Source: Candidatus Eremiobacteria bacterium
GTDB lineage: Bacteria > Vulcanimicrobiota > Vulcanimicrobiia > Vulcanimicrobiales > Vulcanimicrobiaceae
DNA length: 64,000 bases
Assembly (NCBI GenBank): GCA_963758295.1
Contig: CAVWUU010000004.1
Coordinates: 480,001 to 544,000 of the forward strand
Direction of reading: 5' to 3'
Made by a program: the position numbers and the translations under genes. Below are positions 55,296 to 64,000 of this stretch, piece by piece. Within the stretch, counting starts at the first letter, position 1; each line of letters begins with the position of its first letter. The notes under the pieces are model-generated. The model saw only the letters and a list, made by a program, of their open reading frames with translations. It was not told where the DNA came from and ran no database searches.

Positions 55296-56264
55296 TTAAA
55301 GACCGCTTCGGTGATGGCCCAACACCTTTGCAATTAGCTCGGATCTGTTGCGGGACTCCGTCTTTTCCAGCATGCTCTTAATATGGTCTTGGACTGTTGA
55401 CGATGCGATGTGCATCATCTCCGCAACCTCGTCGAGGGTGGCCCCCCTCAAAAGGTGCGCGAGAGTCTCCAGTTCGCGCGGAGACAGATTGAATGCACGT
55501 GCCGCTCTGTTGAAGACCTGACCGCCCGGCGGACGCTCCAGCAAAACGCCAACGAAAAGTCCTGTGACCCCCGAGAGCGGCTGGACGCGAACGGTGAGAA
55601 ACGGGACGGGCTGTACCACCGCAATGGCCTGCTGGTCGGCGGTCCATGTCTTGATAACGTCGCGTACAGCGTCCTCGATTGCCGGCGGTAAGCGTTGCGC
55701 AAGGCACGCATGAAGCGCAGTAATCGCTGCAGTCCGCCCCTCCTCAGCATCCCAGGAAAGGATGACCGCTAGGTCGCGATCGAGGACGTACATTGCCGTC
55801 TGATCGAGCTTGTGCGCAGGTGCTGTGGCAGGCGACGCTTCCGCGATTGGAAGGCCTGAAAGTCGATCCGTCGACGAGTCTAGGGCCAGGGCGAGCGCCT
55901 GGATTTCTGCGGACGTGAAAGAGCCGAGCTCCTCCGTGCGCAGGAGGCTCAGCAATCCGAATTCCCGTCGCATGCCCGCGAACACGAGCGTGATTCCGCT
56001 GAGATAGGGCTTTTGGAGGGTACGGAGCGTGGCTGCCAGTCGGGGACCCTTAGTCGTCTGTTCCCGCTGCAATCGGAGTTCTGCTCTTAAGTATTCGAAC
56101 TCATCGCGGCGATTCTCGCTCTCGTGGGACGAGATCAACTGATCGTTGGGTCCGGCATCCTTAAAACGCGCGAAGCTCCAATGCGACACGTGGACGACGC
56201 TCAATATCTCGGCAATGAGCACGCGCGCGGGATCATCGTTGGCGAGCGTTTCAATCGCTGCCAC
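55296..56264 (-). CDS. LuxR-type HTH regulator with N-terminal GAF/PAS-like region
   Basis: LSPRELE...TVQDHIKSMLEKT...RSEL; GAGGAGG SD. Confidence 0.8.
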   Translation of the reverse strand: MAAIETLANDDPARVLIAEILSVVHVSHWSFARFKDAGPNDQLISSHESENRRDEFEYLRAELRLQREQTTKGPRLAATLRTLQKPYLSGITLVFAGMRREFGLLSLLRTEELGSFTSAEIQALALALDSSTDRLSGLPIAEASPATAPAHKLDQTAMYVLDRDLAVILSWDAEEGRTAAITALHACLAQRLPPAIEDAVRDVIKTWTADQQAIAVVQPVPFLTVRVQPLSGVTGLFVGVLLERPPGGQVFNRAARAFNLSPRELETLAHLLRGATLDEVAEMMHIASSTVQDHIKSMLEKTESRNRSELIAKVLGHHRSGL

Positions 56265-56474
56265 ATCCGCCTCCTCAAGGCGGATGCGCTTGTCGATGCT
56301 CAGAGTGACGAAGCCTCGAAGCCACGTCTCGTCAAGGCAAGCGCTGCTAAGCTGTCCATGATTTCCACGATTACCACGATTACCAGCATACCAGAACCAT
56401 GAGAAACTACGTGCAGGGCCTCTCTAAGCGCCCTTCCAGTCGCTCTTCGGCGGAGCCGAGAAGTCAAGGAACTC

Positions 56475-56882
56475 ATGGAGCACCTCAGATGTGCCGTTCT
56501 GAGCAGCGACCAAGATGCCACTAACAGATTTAGTTGTGTACTTGTCGAGGCCGGCTACGATCGTCCACGATGCTTGGAAGCTCTTGGCGTTGCAAAACTC
56601 GGGACGTATGAACCATCGGTCTTGATGGTCGACTTCGATCACTTTCGAAGCGATCAGCTGGAGTCGATTAGGCAGCTTCGTTTCGTCTTACCAGATTGCG
56701 CGATCGTGGTTGTGTCGTCGAATCTCCAGAGAACGTGGGCCAGAAGGTGCCATATGGCCGGTGCCAACGCGGTGCTTTCCAGTGGAAGCGGCGCGAAACA
56801 CATGCTCGCCGGCCTTCAGCGCGCAGTCCGTACAGGTTGTTACACCGACCCGGACTTTGCCACTAACGCAGCGGAGCAATAG
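56475..56882 (+). CDS. Stand-alone receiver-like domain protein
   Basis: LMVD, IVVVSS and AGANAVL pattern; AAGGA SD. Confidence 0.65.
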   Translation: MEHLRCAVLSSDQDATNRFSCVLVEAGYDRPRCLEALGVAKLGTYEPSVLMVDFDHFRSDQLESIRQLRFVLPDCAIVVVSSNLQRTWARRCHMAGANAVLSSGSGAKHMLAGLQRAVRTGCYTDPDFATNAAEQ

Positions 56883-57047
56883 CGGGCCGAGTAGTTCCGA
56901 CGTCACAGATTGCAAATATTTTTGCCCGACTCGGCGCGTCATCGCATGCTATGATCGTTGCCAGTTGCCCTATTTCGCTTTGCGGCATTTGCCTTTCCCG
57001 GGCGCGCATAGCACGTAACGAACTCGCACACCGACAAGGAGCGCGCG

Positions 57048-57353
57048 ATGCTCGAGCACCTGACTCAGATTCAGCCGCTGCTGGCAATCGGCGTGATGGT
57101 TAGCACGGCGGCAACCGATGCGGTGTACGTGCTCTTCACGTCAGCGGTTGCGGGACGGCATCGAATTGCCGCCTCAAGCTGGAGCAGCGTGTGGTATTTG
57201 CTTTCGTCGTTCGCTGTAATCACGTACACGCGTGATTGGACCTACGTGGTCTTCGCGGCGATCGGTTCGTGGATCGGTGCATACATCTCGATGACGTTCT
57301 TGCATGCGTCGTCGCAAGCACCGAAGCCCCCGCTCGCCCGGACGCCGCCGTAA
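57048..57353 (+). CDS. Small membrane protein
   Basis: Three hydrophobic segments; AAGGAG SD. Confidence 0.7.
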   Translation: MLEHLTQIQPLLAIGVMVSTAATDAVYVLFTSAVAGRHRIAASSWSSVWYLLSSFAVITYTRDWTYVVFAAIGSWIGAYISMTFLHASSQAPKPPLARTPP

Positions 57354-57476
57354 ACGCGTAGATATTTATACGGGAGAAACACGGCAACATCGAGCTTCGG
57401 AGATTTAAGCGGGACGTCTAACGCCAGCTTGGCGGTTGGCGTAAAGCCGGGCTCCCGGTGGTAAAATCGTTACGTT

Positions 57477-58022
57477 ATGGTAATCGGAATTGTCGGTGCG
57501 GACGATCGCGCGGTGACGATCGCCCGCCAGCTTCGGACCTGCGGGCACACCGTGAGCTTTAGCGACCCTAACGGCGTGGACCACGCCGACAAAGCGGTCG
57601 CGGCGCTAGCCGACCCGGCGGTTACCGCTACGACGACCTACAATCAAGCCGCCACGTGCGAGACCTTGATCCTCGCGATCCATTGGGAAGACATGGACAA
57701 GACGCTAACGCAGCTGGGGGACTATAAGGACGGCGTGGTCATTGACGCCATGCGTCCACCGCACATTGACGGCGCCGAAAATAGTGCGCTCGTGCTCGAG
57801 AAGAAACTCGATAACCGCCATGTGGTGAAAGCCTTCGTCGAAGAGCCGCTGCCTCGCGGTGAAATTCGCGTCGCGTCCGACGACCCCGAAGCGCGCATGA
57901 TGGTATGCGAGTTGATAGACTCTTGCGGCGGCAAAGCGGTTGATGCGGGGGCCCTCGCCGAAGCTCTGCAAATCGAACGCCGTTTTTCGGACGAAACGAA
58001 AGCGATCAGAGGAACCATATAA
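57477..58022 (+). CDS. F420-dependent NADP oxidoreductase-like Rossmann protein (degenerate)
   Basis: IGIVG, VIDA, VVKAF, SDD and AVDAGAL motifs. Confidence 0.7.
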   Translation: MVIGIVGADDRAVTIARQLRTCGHTVSFSDPNGVDHADKAVAALADPAVTATTTYNQAATCETLILAIHWEDMDKTLTQLGDYKDGVVIDAMRPPHIDGAENSALVLEKKLDNRHVVKAFVEEPLPRGEIRVASDDPEARMMVCELIDSCGGKAVDAGALAEALQIERRFSDETKAIRGTI

Positions 58023-58639
58023 GCAGATATACCGGGCTCGCCTGCGTATGCGTTACGCTCAGCGGCGCGCTCCTTGGCAACGTTGCCACCGAGAAACTTG
58101 TCGACGCCGGCCTTTTCGCAGGAAGCGCTTACGACGCTCACCATGAATCGGTCGGTATCGTCATGTTTCTCACTGCGTGCGCGCTCTTTGTGCTCGCGGG
58201 ATCGCTCCTGGGCGCCGATCTTCCATCGTTGCGACGATTGCTCACCGAACAACGATCGGGAGCCGCGGTCGTCGTCGAGTTTTTTCTCGGCGTCGCGGGC
58301 GCCATGTCGGTTATTCTGCTGATGGAAGGCTACGAGACCCATTTCGGCGGGCTCTCACCCTTCGATCCGCATGCGGTGCTCATGCACGATGCGCCGGCTA
58401 CGATCGTCGTCTACATTGCCGTCTTCGCGATCGCGCGATGGCTCATCGATCGCTTCGCTCAAGTAGTCGGCGCAGCCGGCCTTATTCTCGGCGCGGCGTT
58501 CTCGCTTATTCGCCGCAATCGCTCCGGCGGTGCGCCGCTACGGCGCGAGCGTAGCAAACCGGTTCTTTCGCCGGCTCGCAATGTTTGCAGCCGGCAAGGT
58601 GAACTTCGAGCGCCTCCGCGCGCAACCGTGGCCCTTTAA
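58019..58639 (+). CDS. Membrane leader protein ending in RAPP arrest-like motif; possible ATA start 58019 (first ATG 58163)
   Basis: Frame open from 58019; about 4 TM segments, His motifs DAHHES and PHAVLMHD; C-terminal GELRAPP; 24 nt before TBDR. Confidence 0.65.
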   Translation: MSRYTGLACVCVTLSGALLGNVATEKLVDAGLFAGSAYDAHHESVGIVMFLTACALFVLAGSLLGADLPSLRRLLTEQRSGAAVVVEFFLGVAGAMSVILLMEGYETHFGGLSPFDPHAVLMHDAPATIVVYIAVFAIARWLIDRFAQVVGAAGLILGAAFSLIRRNRSGGAPLRRERSKPVLSPARNVCSRQGELRAPPRATVAL

Positions 58640-58663
58640 CACCACGCTGCTCCGGGGTTCGCC

Positions 58664-61408
58664 ATGTCAGGATTCTTCAGACGCGCCTTCGCCGCGTCTT
58701 CGCTCGCATTACTCCTTCCATTTCTTTCGATAGCTTCGATTCGCGCCGCGGAAGCTACGACCGGGACGATCGCGGGAACCATTTCCGACAGCGATCACCA
58801 TCCCGTGGTCAACGCCGACGTAACGGCTACTTCGCCGTCGGCTCGCTTCGAGACGAAAAGCGACGCCGCGGGCCACTTCGCCATCTACGGCGTCGCGCCG
58901 GACACGTACGCCGTCTCCGTGCATGCCGGCGGCTACGACTCCCTTTCACAAGCCGGCATCACCGTTCTCGCAGGAACACGCCAAATGGTGGTCTTTCAAC
59001 TGGTGAAGCAACTCAAGACCATCGCTACGGTCCGGGCGACGGTGCGTGCCTTCACCGCAGGATCGACGAGCGACACATTCACGGTATCCGGGTCCGCCGC
59101 TCGCGCGCAGATGCCGGCCGCCGGAAGCGCCGGTCTTGCAACCTACACCCGAGGCACCGTGCAAGGCGCCATCTCCGGCGTGCCGGGCATCGAACAAGAT
59201 CCGTTCGCCAACGCAATCGTTCGCGGGGGGAAGATTGATGATGCGGTGTTTACCTACGACTCCGTTCCAATTCCCCAAGGACTCGTGGCGGAGCCGGGAG
59301 GCAACGTTGTCGGCGCGCAGCTCGCAACCACCGGCATCGGTGAAACCACGGTTACGCTCGCTGGATTTACGACCCAATCCGATAACGCGCTAGGCGGCGT
59401 GATCAATGAAATCCCGCTTACCGGCGTGTATCCCGGAACGACGGAGGTGCAAACGGCTACGGGCATCGGCTCCGGCAACCGCGAGGTGCAGCTTCGGTCA
59501 CAATGGGCGACGCCGGATCTCAAATGGCGCTACGCATTCGCCGGAACTGCCGGCAGCGAAGATTTTTTATATGGCGACGGACATTCGTTCTATCCCGCGG
59601 AGATCGGAACGTTCGGTCTGGCGCTGTCGACGCGCGCTCAGTGGTCGATGGCCGGAAACGTGCATTACCAAGTGCGTCAGCACGACGATCTTGCGCTGAT
59701 CGGACTCGTAGGCGAAGCGACGTACAATCAATACGGAACGCCCTTTACCGGCGAGACGTACGGGTTTCTCAACGGATCTTCGACGGCATTTCCCGGTGGC
59801 CAACCGGCGGACCGGCAAGTCGACACGCCTTCGATGATTCGCGGAACCTACGATGTTGTGAAAGCGCAGTGGTCGCACGCCCGGCCGAAATCGTTCTTTC
59901 GCGCGCAACTCTACCAATCGCAGTTTGGCGCCGGTGCGAACGGGCCGTTCTGGGATGACAACGGATTTCCGGACGGAGCCATTTCGATCTATCAACGCCA
60001 GGGCGGGCGTCTCACCGGCATTGGCGTCGACGTTCAAGCTGACGCGGGCGAGCGGCACAACGTCTACTACGGCGTCGATTATCGTTCGTCGGCCTCGTGG
60101 CTCGATCAAATCGTTCCGACGGCGGACGAACTGATCACTTCGAACCCAAGCATAATTACGACGCTCGCGTATCTAGGTGATACGTGGAGCATGTCGCCGC
60201 GTTTTGATCTCGGGATGACTTTACGCGCGGTCCATGCGGGCATCGCTCGTAGCGATGGTCCCGGCTACGCCATTGGCGCGCTCGATCCGCATCTATCGCT
60301 CGCGTACCGGTTCGGTGATGCCTTTGCGTTCCGCACGACCTACGATCGCACGACGGTAGTTCCAAAGGGTCTCGAAGTCGACCGCACCGACTCTACAAAC
60401 GTCGATCAACACGGCAACCCGGCGCCGACAACGCAGCTTGCGCCGGAAGCCGGCGACTTCTTCACGTATTCGCTCGAACATAGCGGCGCGACGCGCGCAC
60501 GTTTGACCTACTTCGCGCAACGTGAAACAAATCGCATAGATGTCCTGCCTTATAACTTCCGTCAGGCGATCGCCAACGGGCAGGTGCCGAACGGGCTGGG
60601 CATTCCGAGCAACGCCGGAACGCTGCGCGCTCACGGTCTGGAGTTCTGGATGCAACGCAGCGGCTTTACGTTCGACGCAGACTACATTCGTGCGCTCTCC
60701 TCCAGCGCTTCGCAATTCGCGTATAACGAGCTCAACGCGCCCGCGACCGCTGCCGGACATCTCTTTCCCGCGTCGTACGTTCCGGATCTTGAGGCGTCAG
60801 TATCGTACGAGATTCGTTTAACTCGCAACTTGCGCATCATCCCGTCGCTTTCGTACGAAACCGGATTTCCTTATGGAGTCGGGCGTAAGGTTTGGATTTT
60901 CGACGCTGGCGGGCATCCGATGCAAGTCAACAACGACAATAACGTCAATCCGGGTTACAACTATTACTTCCTGCGCGATCCCTCGCAATCGTTCAACGCT
61001 TTGTCGAACCCTTATATCGGTTCTCTCGGCACTCCCGAGGGCAACGACCCGAATACGCTTCGCACGCCACCGCAAACGCTCGTCTCACTCGAGGCGCGTC
61101 TCGACGTTCATCCGCGCACTTCAATCGTGCTCGATGTCTCTAACTTCTTTGGAACTTCAGCTCCCACCGAACTGACGAGCAATCCATATCTCATTGGACC
61201 ACCGGGCTACACGGGCGGCAAGCCGTCTTATGCCTCCTGGTATCAGCAACAACTCGGCAGCAATAAACCGTACACACTGGGAAACGGCATTCCGACTAGC
61301 AACGGCTACTCGCAAATTCTGCCGTGGACATATGGAACCGCCGGCTACGTCCCATCTTCTTATCCCCTCGCACGCAGCGTTCGATTACGCATCATTTGGC
61401 AACTCTAA
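58664..61408 (+). CDS. TBDR-like outer-membrane protein with carboxypeptidase-regulatory-like N-domain
   Basis: Signal peptide, TTGTIAGTI, plug (SGVPGI, GGVINE), C-terminal beta-strand VRLRIIWQL. Confidence 0.8.
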   Translation: MSGFFRRAFAASSLALLLPFLSIASIRAAEATTGTIAGTISDSDHHPVVNADVTATSPSARFETKSDAAGHFAIYGVAPDTYAVSVHAGGYDSLSQAGITVLAGTRQMVVFQLVKQLKTIATVRATVRAFTAGSTSDTFTVSGSAARAQMPAAGSAGLATYTRGTVQGAISGVPGIEQDPFANAIVRGGKIDDAVFTYDSVPIPQGLVAEPGGNVVGAQLATTGIGETTVTLAGFTTQSDNALGGVINEIPLTGVYPGTTEVQTATGIGSGNREVQLRSQWATPDLKWRYAFAGTAGSEDFLYGDGHSFYPAEIGTFGLALSTRAQWSMAGNVHYQVRQHDDLALIGLVGEATYNQYGTPFTGETYGFLNGSSTAFPGGQPADRQVDTPSMIRGTYDVVKAQWSHARPKSFFRAQLYQSQFGAGANGPFWDDNGFPDGAISIYQRQGGRLTGIGVDVQADAGERHNVYYGVDYRSSASWLDQIVPTADELITSNPSIITTLAYLGDTWSMSPRFDLGMTLRAVHAGIARSDGPGYAIGALDPHLSLAYRFGDAFAFRTTYDRTTVVPKGLEVDRTDSTNVDQHGNPAPTTQLAPEAGDFFTYSLEHSGATRARLTYFAQRETNRIDVLPYNFRQAIANGQVPNGLGIPSNAGTLRAHGLEFWMQRSGFTFDADYIRALSSSASQFAYNELNAPATAAGHLFPASYVPDLEASVSYEIRLTRNLRIIPSLSYETGFPYGVGRKVWIFDAGGHPMQVNNDNNVNPGYNYYFLRDPSQSFNALSNPYIGSLGTPEGNDPNTLRTPPQTLVSLEARLDVHPRTSIVLDVSNFFGTSAPTELTSNPYLIGPPGYTGGKPSYASWYQQQLGSNKPYTLGNGIPTSNGYSQILPWTYGTAGYVPSSYPLARSVRLRIIWQL

Positions 61409-62280
61409 CCCCCGTCATCGTGAGCTTGTCGAACGAGAGGCGCATATCAACACAGGCCATCTCGATCAGCGAAAAACGTAAGGCGATCGCGCAAGCTCAA
61501 GGTGAGATGCGCTTGTCCTTCGACGGGCTCAGGATGACGGGGGTACGTTCATCCAGACGGTGCACTATCGAAAATCGACCTCCGAACACTCTACCCCGTC
61601 ATCGTGAGCTTGTCGAACGAGAGGCGCATATCAATACAGGCCACCTCGACCACCGAGAAACGTAAGGCGATCGCGCAGCTCAAGGTGAGATGCGCTTGTC
61701 CTTCGACGGGCTCAGGATGACGGGGGTACGTTCATCCAGACGGTGCACTATCGAAAATCGACCTCCGAACACTCTAACCCCCGTCATCGTGAGCTTGTCG
61801 AACGAGAGGCGCATATCAACACAGGCCATCTCGATCAGCGAAAAACGTAAGGCGATCGCGCAAGCTCAAGGTGAGATGCGCTTGTCCTTCGACGGGCTCA
61901 GGATGACGGGGGTACGTTCATCCAGACGGTGCACTATCGAAAATCGACCTCCGAACACTCTAACCCCCGTCATCGTGAGCTTGTCGAACGAGAGGCGCAT
62001 ATCAACACAAGCCATCTCGGTCAGCGAAAAACGTAAGGCGATCGCGCAAGCTCAAGGTGAGATGCGCTTGTCCTTCGACGGGCTCAGGATGACGGGGGTA
62101 CGTTGATCCGGACGGTGCACTATCGAAAATCGACCTCCGAACACTCTAACCCCCGTCATCGTGAGCTTGTCGAACGAGAGGCGCATATCAACACAGCCCC
62201 TCTCGGACACCGCAAACCGGAGCGATCGCGCAAGCTCAAGGTGAGATGCGCTCGTCCTTCGACAAGCTCAGGATGACGGG
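61409..62280. repeat. Tandem array of about 186-bp units (5 long hairpins, 4 linkers), same REP-like family as 43178-43949
   Basis: GTCATCGTGAGCTTGTCGAA starts at 61414, 61598, 61783, 61969, 62155. Confidence 0.92.
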
Positions 62281-62410
62281 TCGGAACAAGCCGTCGGCGT
62301 GAGCGGGGGAACGCCTTTTTTGCGTTGGCTGCGTGAAGATCGATACAGTACAGACACTCCGCATCGCGTTGATCGTGATAGTGATGGCGAAGCCGGCCGT
62401 CTTCGCTCAC
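62156..62410 (-). CDS. Possible small His/Cys-rich protein reading into the repeat array
   Basis: GTG just after the cytochrome c stop, AAGGA SD; HHYHDQRDAECLYCIDLH. Confidence 0.35.
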   Translation of the reverse strand: MSEDGRLRHHYHDQRDAECLYCIDLHAANAKKAFPRSRRRLVPTRHPELVEGRAHLTLSLRDRSGLRCPRGAVLICASRSTSSR

Positions 62411-62414
62411 ACGA

Positions 62415-62837
62415 TTAGTCCTTAACGATCGGTGCCTTTGACTTCGTAGCGCTGCTAAAGCTCAGCGGCGATCCGCCGGCCTTGTAACCGTTCTTGCTTA
62501 GGATGAACGCCATGACATTTACGTATTGGTCATGCGAAAGCGACGCAGGCGCGTTCATCGGCATGTTGGTCGTCATGTACGTAAAAATATCGGAAACGCT
62601 CGCGTGCACTTTGGTGCTCAAAGTCTTGAAATTCGGACCGGTAAGCGCCGGCCCGGCACCGCCTTCGAGTGACGCGCCGTGACACATCGCGCAACTCGTG
62701 GCGAACTGCTTCGAGCCCGCCGTGGCTTGTGCTGCCGAAAAGGTTACCGGCGCACCAGCCGCCCGCGGATGCCCCGCTGAAACGGCCGCGACCGCGACGA
62801 GCGCGGCACTCGCGAGAACTGCTGGAATGGCTTTCAC
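62415..62837 (-). CDS. Secreted monoheme cytochrome c
   Basis: Signal peptide, CAMCH, distal MP. Confidence 0.9.
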   Translation of the reverse strand: MKAIPAVLASAALVAVAAVSAGHPRAAGAPVTFSAAQATAGSKQFATSCAMCHGASLEGGAGPALTGPNFKTLSTKVHASVSDIFTYMTTNMPMNAPASLSHDQYVNVMAFILSKNGYKAGGSPLSFSSATKSKAPIVKD

Positions 62838-62844
62838 CTACGCG

Positions 62845-63300
62845 TTATCCTCCGTGCACCTGGCGGTGAACTTCATCGAGGTCTTCAAGCGTATTCAACG
62901 TTACCGCGTCGGAAATCGTCGCGTCTTGAATGCCCGAGGAGCCGCGCATCTTCGTCGCCAGGTCGTCGGCATGGTTGTAGCCATGCACCGCGTCGTTGTG
63001 CTTGCGGATCGTTTCCGGTGAAATCGAGCCGCCGTTCTGCTGGATCACCCATTGCTCGAACTGCATATACGTCGGCTTGTTTTGCCGGACGAAGGCCATC
63101 GTTTTATCGCGGTCGAGATTGAGACCGCTAAGGGTCATCGCATCGAAGCCGTGCCCGCACTCGTCGTAATCGTCGGGCAGTAATCCCTTGCTCGCGAGCG
63201 TCAGCTTCAACCAGAGACGCGGAAGGTGGATCGCTCCGAGCGGACCCGCAGTGTCGGAGCTCATCAATGGAACGATTTTTTGCGACGTTGCGCTTTGCAT
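62845..63300 (-). CDS. DUF5069-like protein
   Basis: GPLGAIHLPRLWLK...FD...PTYMQFEQW...LEDLDE; AAGGAG SD. Confidence 0.7.
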   Translation of the reverse strand: MQSATSQKIVPLMSSDTAGPLGAIHLPRLWLKLTLASKGLLPDDYDECGHGFDAMTLSGLNLDRDKTMAFVRQNKPTYMQFEQWVIQQNGGSISPETIRKHNDAVHGYNHADDLATKMRGSSGIQDATISDAVTLNTLEDLDEVHRQVHGG

Positions 63301-63322
63301 GTAGAGTCTTCTCCTTACTTGA

Positions 63323-64000
63323 CTAGGCGGGAGTAGAAGCGGCGTCGCGCGATCGCGCGCCGTGGCGGGATAGGAACGTTAGCTCCGATACGCCCGATTT
63401 GTCGAGGTTCCCAAGACCCTCGGCTTTCATCGTTTCGTATTGGTCGAACGTCGCTTGCGCAAGCGGAAGCTTCAAGTCGACGTCCTGGGCAAGCCCTAAG
63501 GCGATGCCCGAGTCCTTGGCGGCATGCTCCGCGGAGAAGTACACGTCGTGTTCGCGATTCTGCATGTCTTCGCCGTCGGTCTGGAGCACGCGCGAGTTTG
63601 CGCCGGTTTCCGAAAACACTTCTCGCAGCATCGTCAAATCCAGGCCAAGCGCGTCGGCTAAACCTAAACCTTCGGCGAGACCGGCGGTATTGATGTTCAT
63701 CACCATATTGACCAGCGCTTTGACTTGCGCGGCGCGACCCGCTTCGCCGATGTATTTCAGCGATGAGCTAAGCTCTTTGAGCATTGGCTCCATTTGCTCG
63801 AAAATCTCTTTACGGCCGCCGATCATCAGGTACAGCGTCCCGTTGCGCGCCTGAGGGATCGAGCTCGCCATACACGCTTCGATGGAATGTGCGCCTACGG
63901 CTTCCGCGCGCCGCTGGACCTCTACGTGAATGCCCGGCGTCACGGTGGCCGTATTGATAAAGATCTTGCCCTTGGCGTCTTTCAGTAGTGAATCGCCCGA
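63323..64000 (-). CDS. NAD(P)-dependent oxidoreductase (3-hydroxyisobutyrate dehydrogenase family), 5'-truncated by window edge
   Basis: GTLYLMIGG, KALVN and AKDSGIA motifs. Confidence 0.85.
   Translation of the reverse strand, partial: SGDSLLKDAKGKIFINTATVTPGIHVEVQRRAEAVGAHSIEACMASSIPQARNGTLYLMIGGRKEIFEQMEPMLKELSSSLKYIGEAGRAAQVKALVNMVMNINTAGLAEGLGLADALGLDLTMLREVFSETGANSRVLQTDGEDMQNREHDVYFSAEHAAKDSGIALGLAQDVDLKLPLAQATFDQYETMKAEGLGNLDKSGVSELTFLSRHGARSRDAASTPA

Noticed and set aside
50851..57353. Genomic island upstream of rpoC
   Set aside because: Looks slightly less GC-biased by eye, but no integrase, tRNA or att repeats, and I could not compute composition
62296..62321. Plus-strand terminator after the second array
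   Set aside because: Only a 5-bp stem with a 10-nt loop before the T-run; too weak to call

Overview
GC-rich bacterial chromosomal window, mostly metabolic and regulatory genes. A Terrabacteria-type rpoC together with TonB-dependent-receptor (TBDR)-like genes and several MalT-like STAND regulators is compatible with Eremiobacterota/Vulcanimicrobiota, but that is inference only. Contents: an interrupted anthraniloyl/salicylyl-CoA catabolic cluster; two DUF3311 + sodium:solute symporter modules; xth; an OmpR-type two-component system next to a TBDR-like gene with an unusual C-terminal extension; two STAND regulators; a TM0106 nuclease-helicase; rpoC with its own promoter and terminator and no rpoB neighbour; and two tandem arrays of one REP-like palindrome family. 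Best candidate novelties: (1) an unannotated 22-aa peptide (MITLLAIAAFVVACNYPPTGMG) behind an 18-bp palindrome at an activator position, between a MalT-like LuxR regulator and an HD-GYP gene, a possible peptide-signalling module; (2) a His-containing membrane leader ending in LRAPP whose mRNA can pair with and hide the ribosome-binding site of the downstream TBDR, a possible ribosome-stalling switch. About 11 single-base frameshifts between 14 and 38 kb are most likely assembly errors. I recognised no tRNA, rRNA, CRISPR array or transposase.
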